Assembly (NCBI RefSeq): GCF_004010195.1
Contig: NC_057729.1
Span: 31,404,544 to 31,468,543 of the forward strand
Direction of reading: 5' to 3'
DNA: 64,000 nucleotides
Origin: Chiloscyllium plagiosum
Lineage: Eukaryota
Numbering within the stretch: the first letter of the stretch is position 1; each line of letters opens with the position of its first letter. Positions 11,598 to 24,700 of this stretch are shown piece after piece. The notes below the pieces were generated by a model. It searched no databases. It had not been told where the DNA came from and saw only the letters and a program-made list of their open reading frames with translations. The position numbers and the translations under genes are program-made.

Positions 11598-13099
11598 ACC
11601 AGCTACTTGGATACAGAAATGGCACCAAGGTAGAAGAGAGAGAGTTTGGTGGCAAAAGGTTGCCTTTCAGACTGATGGCCTGTGACCAGTGGTGTGCCAC
11701 AAGTATCGGTGCTGTGTCCACTGCTTATACAAATGATGTGAATGTGTACATAGGAGATATAGTTAGTAAGTTTGCAAATGACACCATAATTGGAGGTGCA
11801 GTGGATAGTGAAGAAGGTTACCTCAGAGTACAACAGGATCTTAATCAGATGGGCTGAAGAATGGCAGGTGGAGTTTAATTTAGATAAATGTGAGCTGCTA
11901 CATTTTGGAAAGGCAAATCAAAGCAGGACTTAAAATCTTAATGGTAAGGTCTTGAGGAGTATTGCTGAACAAAGAGACCTTGGAGTGCAGGTTCATAGTA
12001 CCTTGAAAATGGAGTCGCATCTCCATTTAGAAGAGTGAAGGATGTGTTTGGCATGCTTTTTTTTTATTGATCAATGTATAAGAGTTAGGAGGTCATGTTG
12101 TGGCTGCACAGGACATTGGCTAGGCCATGTTTGGAATATTGTGTGCAGTTCTGGTCTGACTCCTATCGGAAGAATGTTGTGAAACTTGAAAGGGTTCAGA
12201 AAAGATTTATAAGGATTTTGCCAGGGTTGGAGGATTTAAGCTGTAGAAAGAGACTGAATAGGCTGGGGCTGTTTTCGCTGGAGCGTTGAAGGCTGAGGGG
12301 TGACCTTAAAATCATGAGGGTCTTGGATAGGTAAATAGACAAGGTCATTTCCCTGGGGTGGAGGAGTCCAGAACTAGAGGGCATAGGTTTAGGGTGAGAC
12401 GGGAAAAATTGAAAAGGGATCTAAGAGGCAACAATTTCTCACAGTGGGTGATGCATGTATGGATTGAACTGCCAGAGGAAGTGGTGGAGGCTGGTACAAT
12501 TACATCATTTAAAAGACATCTGGATGGGTATATGAATAGGAAAGATTTGGAGGGATATGGGCCAAGTGCTGGCAAATAGGACAGATTAGTTTAGTATATC
12601 TGGTCGGCATGGATGAGTTGGACTGAAGCGTCTGTTTCCGTGCTGTACATCTCTATGACTCTATGACTCAATAACTCAGATAATGACATGAGAAAGTTTA
12701 GACTTTACAAGTTGCTTAGCAATAAGGCAACTTTGCATTTGTCGCAAGATCTTGCATCAGTCACTCTCTGTGGTTGATTGTACCTGCAGAGGGCCTTCCT
12801 ACTGATGTATCTATTCAGTGAAGAAAGCAGATATTAGCTCTTTGCCATCTTCACATGAAAGGATTTGGAAGGTTGAAATGATGTTGCTTAAAATTATTAT
12901 TAAAAATAATTAGTTCAATGGGTGATCTGACCTAGTTAATCCTGGAGTTGGTGCTATTGGGTTGATTTTTCTAATCAATTTTCTCCTTGTTCTTGTGAGA
13001 AATCATCCATTTCTTTCAATGTTGGCACAAAATGTCCCCTTTCAGAGCTCCTTCAAGCTATTTAAAAGACTATCCATATAATTTAATGTTTGGAGTCTG

Positions 13100-13240
13100 G
13101 TTTTGAGGAAGAGGAGTCATACTAGACTTGAAATATTAACTCTGGTTCTCCACAGACCTCCAGGTTTTCTCCAGCGTTTTCTCCAGCGTTTTCTTTGTTT
13201 ATATCAGGTGTCCAGCACATGCAATATTTTCCTTTTATTC
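13100..13240 (+). mobile_element. Old Penelope-type terminal repeat with decayed hammerhead
   Basis: gaggaagagGAGTCatactaGACTTgaaatatta (stem II + GAAA), followed by a ttctccagc...ccagcacatgcaata tail similar to family A. Contains an internal 12-bp tandem duplication. Confidence 0.55.
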
Positions 13241-13267
13241 ATAGAAATTTATTGGTGGCAATTGATT

Positions 13268-13608
13268 ATTCTTCCATGGGTTGTCGGCATCACTGATAAG
13301 GCCAACATTTGTTGCCCACCTCTAATTGCCCTAAGTGGTTTGCTCAACCATTTTAGAGGACAATTGAAAGTCCATTTCTGTGGATCTAGAGTTACATGTA
13401 GGCCAGACCAGATAGATACAGAAAATACCCTTCCCAAACAGCTATGAACAAATCAGATGGGTTTATAAAGTAATCTGTTATAGTTTTATAAACACCATTA
13501 CTGATAATAGCATTAATTCTAAATTTTATGAATCACATTTAAATTCTGCCATTAAACCTATGCTTTTGAATGATTAGTCCAATGACATTACCACTACACC
13601 AACATCTC
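13268..13608 (-). mobile_element. Degraded tRNA-SINE, same family as 6195-6517
   Basis: Shared blocks ctaattgccc, acatgtaggccagacc, cagatg, ttaattc. Confidence 0.75.
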
Positions 13609-16254
13609 CTCAGGATCTGGTCCTTCTAACAAAATCTTCAGTTTTCATGGAATAGGGACATGGTTTAATTATATATCTGGCCTATCTGCTGTGACCGTGT
13701 TCAGGTCCTGTGAACTTTCAATGTACATGTATGGACAGGTTCATTTATGGCAGTTGTATCAAAGATATTAATTATTTTCTCAACCTATTACTTTTCCATT
13801 GTGATCATTGGAAATAATGTTTATTATGAAAAGATCCTTCATCAATAAAGAAAATCGTCACTATTTTGCAATTCCTCTGGATTCTTTACACTGAGCATTC
13901 TCATTTTCAACCATAAACTTTGTCAAATATTTAAAAAGTCACTTTTAATTAGTTTGTTCTGTTACTAAGATCTTATCTTTTGGCTTCTTGTCAACTTAAT
14001 TATTCAGAACATGTAGTATATGGTAACTTAAATTGGTTCAATGTTTGGTTGAAGTAATTGGATCAATTGGCATTTCAACCACAATTCTTAAAAAACCCCA
14101 CCACAATGGATTTCAAGCAAGCTGCAATATTAACTAAAGTAACCTGTATTGCATGGACTACATATCTACATGGAAGTAATTGGACATTAAAATTCTCAAA
14201 AGGAAAAAGCAGCAAAAGTGGCAAATGACACATACTGATCTGACTTGTCTTGTACACTTCAAAATAGAGCTCCAGTAGAAATAGTATTTTGATTGTATTC
14301 CTGACATTTTACTGTTTTAACCTTCTGTGTTACCAACAATTCATTTATAACCAACCATTCTTGAATGTGCAAGTTAGCTCCAAACACTATACTATCTTCT
14401 ATGTTATGTTTAGATGTAATATAGGCCACAGCCATGCCTGTTTCTTCCTGTGTGTGATCAATCTGCAGGCTTGTAGAGCTCCGTCCCTTCTTTCTAGCTG
14501 GATCAGTCTCTGTTGCCCACTATTATTCTGACAATGCAAACTGCTAGGGGTCATTCATTTGTGGTGTGCAACCCACATCAACGTGTTAAGGCATTTGAAA
14601 CAACTATCCATCCTAGAGAATGGAAGTCATGCCCACTCATCCCATTAGTTGTTAGTTTGCTAGTTTAAACCTCCCCTGGTCGATGCTTTCCTTTTGGATA
14701 ACTCTAACAGTAATCCTTTGTACAAAAGTACACAAATGGTATTTAAAAGAACAGCTGTTTAAAAGAAGAGTGTTTAGGTTAACAGTTGCTAATTTTAATA
14801 ATGTTTTAGAGAACAATGTACACACATCTTACTTCAAGATTTACTGGATTAATGAAACCGACCTTAAAATCTCTGCAACAGCAAAAATAGCAGTTACTCA
14901 GCAATCAGATTCAATCTGAACAAAACCCTGCCAATAGAAGTTTAATTTCCTTCCCAGAATCTACTCCATTAGCTTCATTTGCCCAGTCCAATCTGATCAT
15001 AGAAGCCTAACAATAGAATTAAACAAGTCGAAAGGTTGATTAATGTGCAAAATTGCAGCAACAGCATTGGTAATAATATACCACAAAATTTGCTAGAAAT
15101 GTTTCAATAGATGATAGTAACCTGGAAAGATTGTAAAAATTTTCAACATAAACATATAACACACAGAGAGAAGCCCCCCTTTATATCCAAATGTTCAATG
15201 AGCTCTGTAACACACCACAAGTCTGATTGTGGGTTTGTGAAACTACCTTACACAAAGGGAGTGATGGATCATTCCACAGTTCTATTTTGTCCATGTAGCA
15301 GCTGATTGAATAAATAATAACACTGAGGCGATGAAATTAGCTACAATAAAAACAAGACTTCAAGTGGTAGAAGTAATCTAAATGTTTTAGGAGCTCAGAA
15401 AGAATCAAATAAGTTTTTTTTATAAATTTAACCAGAATTAGCGCAGCTGCATTGTACAGTTAAATTATGTATTTTATTCATGTCTCCATGTGATGTCATT
15501 GAAACATATCTGTGTCTCTGGATATAAGACTTAATTAAATGTAAAGTAGAGTGGCAATAAGTGCATTGCAGTATGTGAAATGGGAAGGTTTTATCCTAAA
15601 TTAATTTCATACCAGAGAACATTAAAATTACACATCCATGATTATAGCAAAGATCATTTTCCAGTAAATATGTCTTAATGTTGAATGCATTAGGGCATCT
15701 GCAAAGGATGATGGTAAATTATTGTGATTAGTTATAAGAATTGAGAGCTATGCGTGTCAATGATGATGAAATTTTGACTTATACTGTGTACACACTGTAT
15801 CCATAAGTTGACCAATACAGATCAAAAATTCCCTTCTCTTTTTGGAGGTTTTGCCAATGTAGTGCTGGGAGATCAGGAGAACTCCCTAGGAAATCACATA
15901 ATTTGCTTTTGATGAAATCCCCATTATTTAATCTGCTTTTGGCTTGGCCTATGTTAATTATTTGAAAGACCTGTATAATACTTAAACACAGTAATTTTCA
16001 AAAGTTTATACAAAATTATAAATTTTATTTACCATTTTTAGTCTGTATCAATATTAATTCATTTAGAACATACCAAATACAAATTCCACTCATTTCCACT
16101 GATGTCCTGCTAATCTTCCATTAAGAGAATTTGGATCCTCCATTGGTTAGAAAATAGGTGGGTGCCTCATATTACTGCTGTTGAGGAGGTCTGAGGCAAT
16201 TTATTTGTACTCACATAATTAGCTTACGAGTGATGGGCCTCCCATAAGGTCAAG

Positions 16255-17596
16255 GACCCCACTGCTGAATTCCTGCTTGAAAGCCCTAACATATATGTTA
16301 GGCCATTTAAGGGACTAGATCTATTTTTTACAACTTGTCGGCAATGAGAGAGGTATGCATCAAACTTACTTAGTCATGAGTCTCGGCAGCTTGACAGTTG
16401 CAAATAACAGTTAAATGCAAAAATGTCAATTGAAAAAATATAAAATTCTGCCTATGGATTAAGATTCATCCAACTCCAAAATAGTCAGAAGTGGTTCCCT
16501 CTCTACGGGTTTAATTCATATTCTCCTTGCATTTGAGAACTGCCCACTAACAATCAGAGAATGGCAGCACTCCATTGGCAGTGGCTTGTTATTGAATCTA
16601 ATTGGCATCTGAAATACCCTCACTATCATGACACCTCTGGCAGGCTGTATTTAATTCTGCCCTATCATCGTGCTCAGAGCATAGCAGAAGTGGCGTAGGA
16701 GGCCATTTATCCCAATTATTTGGCAATCCTGTACACTCATGATGGGAGATTTGAGAAACATCTCACACTTGACCACTTCCTCCACCAATACCCCCTGCAC
16801 AATTGCAGAGCCTGTCAACTCTCTTTCCAATTTGATGCCACAGATATTGAATCACAATTAATAAGATGTAAAACAGGACACAGGTGATCATTTCAAATGT
16901 AAAAATGACCCCAGTCTGTTTGAGGAGCTATGATCATAAAGGCCAAGGTTTTAACCTACAAGTTAAAGAGCAGTTACATTGTGATCTTAACCAGTGTTTA
17001 CATAACAAAAAATTTAATTAAAAGATTTGAAGAGACAGCTCCACTTTATTAGCAGAATAGTACATTATGTATCACATACAATAGTTCTCTAAAGTACCAT
17101 ATTATCAACTAACCCTTATTCAAACTGTAAGAAATCCAGTAATTGTATTGCAGCATAGCCAACGTCATACTCTCAACATCATAGCTTAGTACAAATATAA
17201 ACCAATCTTAAAATACCACATACTTCTGGCTGGCAATCTGAACATGATTAGCATATATTCAGGCATATGGCCAGCTCAAAATACTGCACACCTATTTCAC
17301 AGTGACAGAACCTGTGTCCAGACTGTGCAGGTATTGACCCCACTGCTGAATTCCTGCTTGAAAACCCTAACACATATGTTGGGCCATTTAGTGGATTAGA
17401 TCTTTTTATAACTTGTCAACAATGAGGGAGGTATGAATCAAACTTATTTACTCATGAATCTTGAGGCGTGACGGTTGCGAATAACAGTTAAATGCAAACA
17501 TTTCAACTAAAGAAAATAAAATTCTGCCTATGGATTAAGATTCATCCAACTGCAAAGTAGTCAGAAGTGGTTTCCTCTCCATGGGTTTAATTCATA
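16255..17596 (+). repeat. Dispersed direct duplication of ~265 bp (16255-16520 and 17336-17596)
   Basis: gaccccactgctgaattcctgcttgaaa...gggtttaattcata occurs twice, roughly 85% identical by eye. Confidence 0.92.
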
Positions 17597-17899
17597 ACCT
17601 TCTCATTCATAGGGTGCTACTCCACAGTTTGCTTTAGCAGTGTGTAATATATTGCATATTACATATTACATGTTATTACACTTACATTCTTCTAAAATGC
17701 TGTTCCTTCTGACATAACATCAACAGTGCCTCATGATACTCTATTTCTATATAATTCTCATACAGTAGTTACATGTTTTAAAATGACTATATTTGCATAT
17801 AGTTTGAAAATTGCTATTGCTGATAATATACTTAATGTAGTTGTACAATATTCCCCTAATTAGATAAGTGAAATTAATTAAGAGAAGTGGGTAACATTT

Positions 17900-17975
17900 G
17901 TGATGCAGTAGATAGTGCTGCTGCCTCTGAACCAGAAGACTTTGGGTTCAAGTCCCACTCCAGACTTGATGGACA
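17900..17975 (+). mobile_element. tRNA-SINE head fragment
   Basis: gcctctgaaccagaagactttgggttcaagtcccactccagacttga, with a B box. Confidence 0.55.
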
Positions 17976-18101
17976 AGGAAAGCACTTTTGTAGTGCAACC
18001 AAACAAGTTGAGACCAATTTGTAAACCATTTTAACACATGCCAATAGCAGGCAATAAGAGCAGGACAGTCTATGCGATGGAAAGAAATTAGAGCCTTTAT
18101 C

Positions 18102-18287
18102 ATCACTGTCCATAGGTCTGGAATGCAATATACAATTGCCACAGGTACTTGGAAGCCATGTGCCAAGACTTTGCCAGCTTCAAAATAAAGTTGATTCTTT
18201 CATTTCATAGAACCATAGTATGCGAAAGATCACTGTCCATAGGTCTGGAATGCAATATACAATTGCCACAGGTACTTGGAAGCCATG
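18102..18287 (+). repeat. 59-bp perfect direct repeat flanking a 75-bp templated copy of 18834-18908
   Basis: 18102-18160 = 18229-18287 and 18158-18232 = 18834-18908. Junction microhomologies are atg and atca. Confidence 0.97.
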
Positions 18288-19014
18288 GGGACAACTAATC
18301 AGTTGCTCAGTCGATCTGGATCTGATCATTGCCAGCAGCCTGGGGTTCAATTCCCATTCCATCTGCAGTCAATTTGAAACCTACCTCCTTGTCATATACT
18401 ATGTGTCAGACCTAGCTTCATGCAGAAAACTCAAGAAGAAGAAATTAGTGGATGGAGAAATGACATCTAAACATGTTAACTATTTATCCATTGACACAAA
18501 CAGTAGTTTCCAGACTCACATAATCAAGTGTGAATACAGATTTTTAACGAGTAGTTATTCACAAAAGAGAAAATAAGTTGTTCTATAATTCCAAAAGGTC
18601 ATTTGTTATGGCTCAATGAACAAAGTCTGGTGATCTATTTTTCACACTCATAGGGGTACATTTACTGCAGTGAAACCAATGTGAGTTAATTTTCCCAGGA
18701 TGATTAAAGTGTGACTGAAAAACGTGGAGTACAAAGTGTATTTCTAGGCATTTCTTGTTAGGGTCTCTCTCTTAATGTGCAAAGGTACGAATTTAGAAGG
18801 AAAAGCCAATTTAGCAGACTTCAAATAGTCTTAATGTGCCAAGACTTTGCCAGCTTCAAAATAAAGTTGATTCTTTCATTTCATAGAACCATAGTATGCG
18901 AAAGATCAGCTACAAATGATCTAGTATGTCATACAATTCTTAATAGGGAAAACAAATTTCTTTGCACTCTATTGATAATACTATGGCCTGTATTGATTTT
19001 ATGTATCAATACAG

Positions 19015-19145
19015 GCCATAGTAGGCTATGGACCAAGTGCAGGTAAACGGGATTACTTTAGTTTGGTGTTTGTTGGTCAGCATAGACATGGTGGGGTGAA
19101 GGGCCTGTTTCTGTGTTGTATGTCTCTAAGATCACCTATGATTCT
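19015..19145 (+). mobile_element. CR1 3'-end fragment
   Basis: ggctatggaccaagtgcaggtaaa...gaagggcctgtttctgtgttgtatgtctct matches the CR1 tail at 12555-12660. Confidence 0.75.
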
Positions 19146-19181
19146 AAAACATATTGTCTTACCATTTGCCTATAATATCTA

Positions 19182-19308
19182 GGAGCAAATTACTGCAGAT
19201 GCTAGGATCCGTACTGAAAACAACAAAAGCTGGAGATCACAATAGGTCAGACAACATCCACGGATGCTTCCTGACCCGCAGTGATCTCCAACATTTGTTA
19301 TTTTCAGT
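19182..19308 (-). mobile_element. Fold-back Penelope-type terminal repeat remnant, related to family A; hammerhead absent
   Basis: tactgcagatgct end, plus inverted arms ctgaaaacaacaaaagctggagatcac..ggtcag / ctgacc..gtgatctccaacatttgttattttcag. Confidence 0.65.
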
Positions 19309-19754
19309 GATTATGATATTTAATGTGTACCTTTTGAAATATTTCAAATCATTATGCAGTAATTATGACATTGGTCCTGACTGAAACTAATAGTTCATTT
19401 GAAAATGCTAACTTCTGACGAAACTTAATATAATATTTTCTGGATGACTAAAGCAAAGTATTATTGAACCATCCAGATTCAGGAGTCAGCATCATACGGA
19501 ATCAAGTCTACACTGTATTTCATTTAACATAACACTGCTAAATAAAAAAATGATGGAATCATATACTGCTAACTGCTAACCCAGCGGCATGTGAGACATT
19601 TGAAAGACAGGCTGTAAATGTACTTTCAGTTTAAATGTACATGTCAGTGTTCTTTAAATAATGTGCCAACTTTAGCAAAAAAATTATTGGTTTCCTTATC
19701 CATGCTCATAAGCAATTTTATGGGCATTTGTGTGTTTAATAAAACAAGGTGACT

Positions 19755-19775
19755 TAATTAATTAATTAATTAATT
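19755..19775. repeat. (TTAA)n microsatellite
   Basis: ttaattaattaattaattaat. Confidence 0.9.
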
Positions 19776-20409
19776 GACTATCTTACTATATTGCCCCTGA
19801 TTGTTGTGCCAATGTATGCTTGCTGCTGCTCCCAAGTGCAGAAAGGTTGATGGGAGCAAGAACCTAACTCTACTGGAGGCTAAAGTAGCTCTCCATTGGC
19901 TCTCCTATTACATGCTTGTTAAAAGTCAATCCCACCAGAGCAAGGTACACCTTTCAAATTAAGTTTTACCTCAATGAAAAATCAATGCCTTCAGCTTCAT
20001 GACTACGTACAAGCGGTATGCAGCAGGTGAAGTAATGTATTTACCGTCTTGCTCCTCCTTAGGGCCATTTGTCCTTGAAAGATTACGATTGCAATTCAGA
20101 AGCAGCAGGTAAAGGGCATCATGGCAGAGCTGTCTGATGCAGGAAGAGAAGGAGCTTGCATTCTAAGGGCATAGGATTGGCTAGCCAAGGAAAAGATTGA
20201 AGGAGAAGCAGAGATTGTTTGAAAGGGTTAATGTTGGAGGCAACATCAAGCTTCACCCAATCTGATGATGGCGTACTAGCTTGTTTTGAGATAAGGTAGA
20301 ACATCTTGAGATCGCGAGAAGTACAGATCTATATACACAGGTCTTCTCACTCTTAGTAACAATGTCAAATAACCAATGTTAATTTTGAAGTACACATATC
20401 AACTCCAGC

Positions 20410-21645
20410 CTCCCAGATTGCTTTGATCCACTACAATTCGCCTACTGTCACAATAGGTCCACCATTTATATGCCCTTCATCTCTGGAACATCTGTATATG
20501 AAGGACACCTACGTCAGAATCCTATTTTGTAACTTCAGCTCCACCTTCAATAATTCCATAATTCCAACCAAACTCATCTCCAAACTCCAAGACTTAGGAC
20601 TCTGCTCCCCCCTCTGCAACCGAATCTTCGACTTCCTGACCCGCAGACCACAATCAGTAAGGATAGGCCACAATAAACCTCAACACCAGTGCCCTGCAAG
20701 GCTGTGTACTCAGCCCCTTAATATATTCCTATTAATTCATGACTGTGTGGCCATATTTACTCTAACTCCATTTATGAATTTGCCAATGGCACCACTGTAG
20801 TGGGTCAGACCTCAAACAACATTGCGACAGAGTACAGGAAGGAGATAGACAGCTTAGTGGCACAGTGTAAAGACAACAATCTCTCTGTCAATGTCAGTAA
20901 AATGAAGGAGATGGTCATCAACTTCAGGAAGCAAAGTGGAGGACATACCCTTGTCTGCATCAATGGTGCTGAGGTGGAGGTAGCTGAAAGCTTCAAATCC
21001 TATGAATAAATATCATCAAAGATCCATTTTGATACATCCACGCCAGCAATACTGTCATGAAAGCACACCAATGCCTCTAATTCCTCAGAAGTCGAAGGAA
21101 ATTCAGCATGTCCACAATTACATACCAATTTTTGTAGATGCACCATAGAAAGCATCCCATCCAGATGCATTACAGCTTGGTATTGCAACTGCTGAGCCAA
21201 AGACCACAAAGACATTACAGAGAGTTGTGAATGCAGCCCAGTTCACCATGAATATCATTGCCTTCCTGCCATCGACCCTGTCTACACTTCTTATTGCCTC
21301 GAGAAAGCAGACAACATAATCAAAAGATCCTCTCCCCAACCAACCCACACCACACCCCCCACACTGCTCCAAGTCCTCCAACCCCCATCCCGGTTATACT
21401 CTGTTCCACCTGGCAGAAGTTACAGAAGTTTGAAAACATATACTAACAGATTTAAGAACAGCTTCTTCCCCACTGTTATCAAACTTATGAATGGACATCT
21501 CATATGTTAGAGTTGATTTTTCTTCAGCATTTCCTCTATAGCTGTTCTCTTACCCTGATGTATTCATCTCAGGTATGATTTGTCTGGTTAGCATGCAAAA
21601 TGATACATTTCATTGTATCTCAGTACATGTAATAATAATAAAGCA
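20410..21645 (+). mobile_element. Rex1/Babar-type LINE, 5'-truncated RT remnant
   Basis: [34 protein letters not shown]...LCN.IFDFLT.RPQSVR; KDNNLSVNVSKMKEMVINFRK; aataataataaa tail. Confidence 0.9.
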
Positions 21646-21779
21646 AATATAAGTAATTAACCAAATATAACATGCATATCATTGGTATTATGCAATTAAC
21701 TACATCTTGTTAAGCCGCAAGTTTCTTTTTGTTTAGACTCAAAACTATTTAGTGGGGGTTGATCCTCTACCACTGTAAA

Positions 21780-24700
21780 CAAGTCGGTCCTTAGACTCAG
21801 GCAAAAAGAAGAGAATTGGTGATAGAAAACTATAACGTCTAAAACCAATATGTCACATGCTATTCCTGCTGTTGGACTGTTGATAGCCTGGGATACTCAT
21901 TTTATTCCTTCACTTATACCGTTCCCCCAAGACCTGATCAGACACAAGTGCATATTCAGTTCCCCAGGCTGCAAATCACAGTCATCCTATACTCTCTTTG
22001 TCAAAACGTGCGGTACTGGAAAAGCACAGCAGGTCAGGCAGCATCTAAGGAGCAGAAGAATCGATGTTTTGGGCATAAGTCCTTCATCAGTTTGGCCAAC
22101 CAGAAAGCATCAACACTCATTCTGGATATTTGTAGCGAATACAGGAACGAATTAGCATTTCTGAACAAACTAGCAAACCTCCTCAGAACCTCTGTTATCT
22201 CCCATCCTTCTGGGTGTCCTGGACCCCGAGGGCTATGCGAGTCCGATAATCCTAGAGGATGTGCTGTAACTTTTGTTTTGCCCAACTGACAGACACAACA
22301 CGATTGGCGAAGTCAGCTGATAAGGCTGAGGTAAGTTTGGTCAAATTGTAGGTGATCTCTAAAATAACCACTGTAACATCATGTAATATCACTTTGCGAT
22401 TCCCAAATCTAACTGTCCCATCTGCAGGGAGTGACATGGGGTCGCTGAGAACTTTGTGATTTTCTAGTACCTACAAGCTGACAAATTAAAACATTAAATC
22501 ATCATCACCTAGCTGATTAACAATGCCTAATTATCGGTCTTAACAATGTTGTCCCTCTAGTCCAGAATCCTAGACCAATGGAGACAGATTAGTCCATCGT
22601 CTGTGATGTTCACTCATGTTAGACCACACCAATGTGTCCCCACTGTGAATATCCACTGATAACATAATTGTCCAACACTTACAGGTGCCATAAACTCTCT
22701 TCTTGTCCACATTTCTATTTGTGTCATCAGCATAAACTATGTTGGCCTGGTGCAGAGCAATGGCACTTGACTTCATTTGCAACAGTGTCTCATCGGGTTG
22801 GGTGGTGCCCCAGGAAAGGTACAGTTCAGTCCAGGATTAGGTAAGCAGAATGTCACAAGCAATTGTTTGTATCATTTCCTCTATTCCTTTCTGATAGGAT
22901 AACCTGAATTATACCAGTGTTGGTTCTGTCAGCGATCCATATGTGCAGTTTTCCTATCTATTTTCCACTTCATCCTTTCAGTACTTGCAAGTTCGCTCCA
23001 GAATACAGAAAGGTGCTTTTGCTGATGTGCACAATGGGTGCCTCCAGGTTATTAGGAAAACGATTGCTGCTGCTGCAGTCCTCCAGGCTGCAATTGCTCT
23101 AAGGATTTATTTGAAACAAAATAATTAAGTGAACGGCTGTTTGCTTTCCTGCAGACAGAAAGAGACTGAGTAATAAAGGATCACCTATGACCAAAGCTGC
23201 CACCTTTCTCTTTCTGCCGTATCTAGGAACATGCAGGTGTCACTTCTCATTATCACTTCATGTGGCCCCTGCCATCTCAGAATGGAGTCCAAGAACTTCT
23301 TAATCATAACCTTCTCACTCACATTTTGAAAATCCCTAACTCTTTGCTCCTGTTGTTCCTTTCCTTTGTCTGTGGTCACCTACTGCTCCCTTACCTCAGA
23401 TCTCAACTCCTTTAACTGTTCACACAACACTACCACGTATTTCCTAATTCAACCTCTCAATGGTTCCACTTTCTGCTGCTGTTCCTTCCAAAAGCTGCAC
23501 AGCCCTTCCAGTCACTAGTTCAAATGATATTAGTCCACTTTGGGGTTGCTCTTAGCTGCATTCAAATTATAGAGAATATCTACCCGTTCTCTCCCCCCAG
23601 TACATTCTATGACCTTTTCTAAGGTTTGGTTCAGTTGTTGTACTCTGCCTAAATGTTAGGATTGGTGCTAGACATGAAATCTAAGCTTTATTCAAGTAAT
23701 TGATATACTTTCTTCATTGATGTCCATATGAAATTAATTTCTTGACCTGAATCTATTTGGTAGGTCATTCACCACCTTGATATTACTTCTATTAGAATTC
23801 CTGCTACAGTCAGGGCTGAGCAGTCCTGCATTGGGAAAACATTCATTTTTCACATGAAATGATCCATTATTACTAGACAATAAGTTTTCCCTCTGTTGTT
23901 AGGAAGGAGACCTGTGATGTTCACCTATAGGTTCTCTTGATCTTGATTTTATTGTTCTTTGATCTTGCCTTTAATGGGCTTTCCAACATTATGTTCTGTG
24001 CAAATCAAACATTTTTGATAATATATATCCCAATCTATGCCAGGCCCCAAGCAATGACTCTCAATACCTTACAAAGTTGCATTTCTTTCCTAGTGTGCAG
24101 TGTGTCTTATATTTATGATGTCTGCCTGACAAATTGTAGCTGCTATTCTACCCTCTTTTTATTGTGTATTTTAACAGGATCTTTTCATTTTCCTTATTTT
24201 CTATTCCTCAGACAGAATTTTAACACTGACCTCCTCTGGGCCAATGGCGTTAGCATACACATGATGATGCTGAATTTTAAAACAGGTGCCTGGTGCCACT
24301 GTTTCACCAGCTGATCTGCCCACTGATTCATTTTCTGGGTGTGGGTCACCCATTCTTATGTGGACGTTGACCTTGATGGCTGCCACTTCATCTGGCTGTC
24401 CTGCCACCTCCACCAGTGATCAAACAATCTCTTTATGTTTAATGTGACTTCCTCCTGATGTTAAATATCCCCTTGACAATGCTGCCATTTAGTCATACAC
24501 AATCCTGAGGTATCCTGAGTCCTTCTTTTCAAGATATACCAGATCATTTAGGGTCTGGTTCTCTGGAGAATTTCTTATATGTCATGTACATTCTTTTGGC
24601 AGATTCATTGGACAATTCCCGCAGATTTTGGATGATTTCTGTTATTAGTCCCAGTCGGAGTGTCCATTATCCAATGCCCTCATGCTTTGTTCCTAAACCC

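Larger units (their letters stand above)
8231..12669 (+). mobile_element. 5'-truncated, degenerate CR1 LINE (ORF1 SGNH-esterase C-terminus, ORF2 APE+RT) with three nested insertions
   Basis: YKKDGLHLN esterase motif at ~8440; LNCIYFN..ETWL APE start at ~8865-8975; DKSPGPD, GKSCLTNL, YMDFSKA, SKFANDT, LEYCVQFWS, LERVQKRF. Ends in a ctctatga-repeat tail at 12651-12669. Confidence 0.95.

Noticed and set aside
18102-18287. Repeat-spacer-repeat resembling a CRISPR unit with a self-matching spacer
   Set aside because: Vertebrate DNA, only two 59-bp repeats, no cas genes, and junction microhomology explains it as a templated insertion.
22570-22782. YADD in ORF 22570-22782 as an RT catalytic motif
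   Set aside because: It lies downstream of integrase and lacks surrounding RT motifs (LPQG etc.), so it is probably coincidental.
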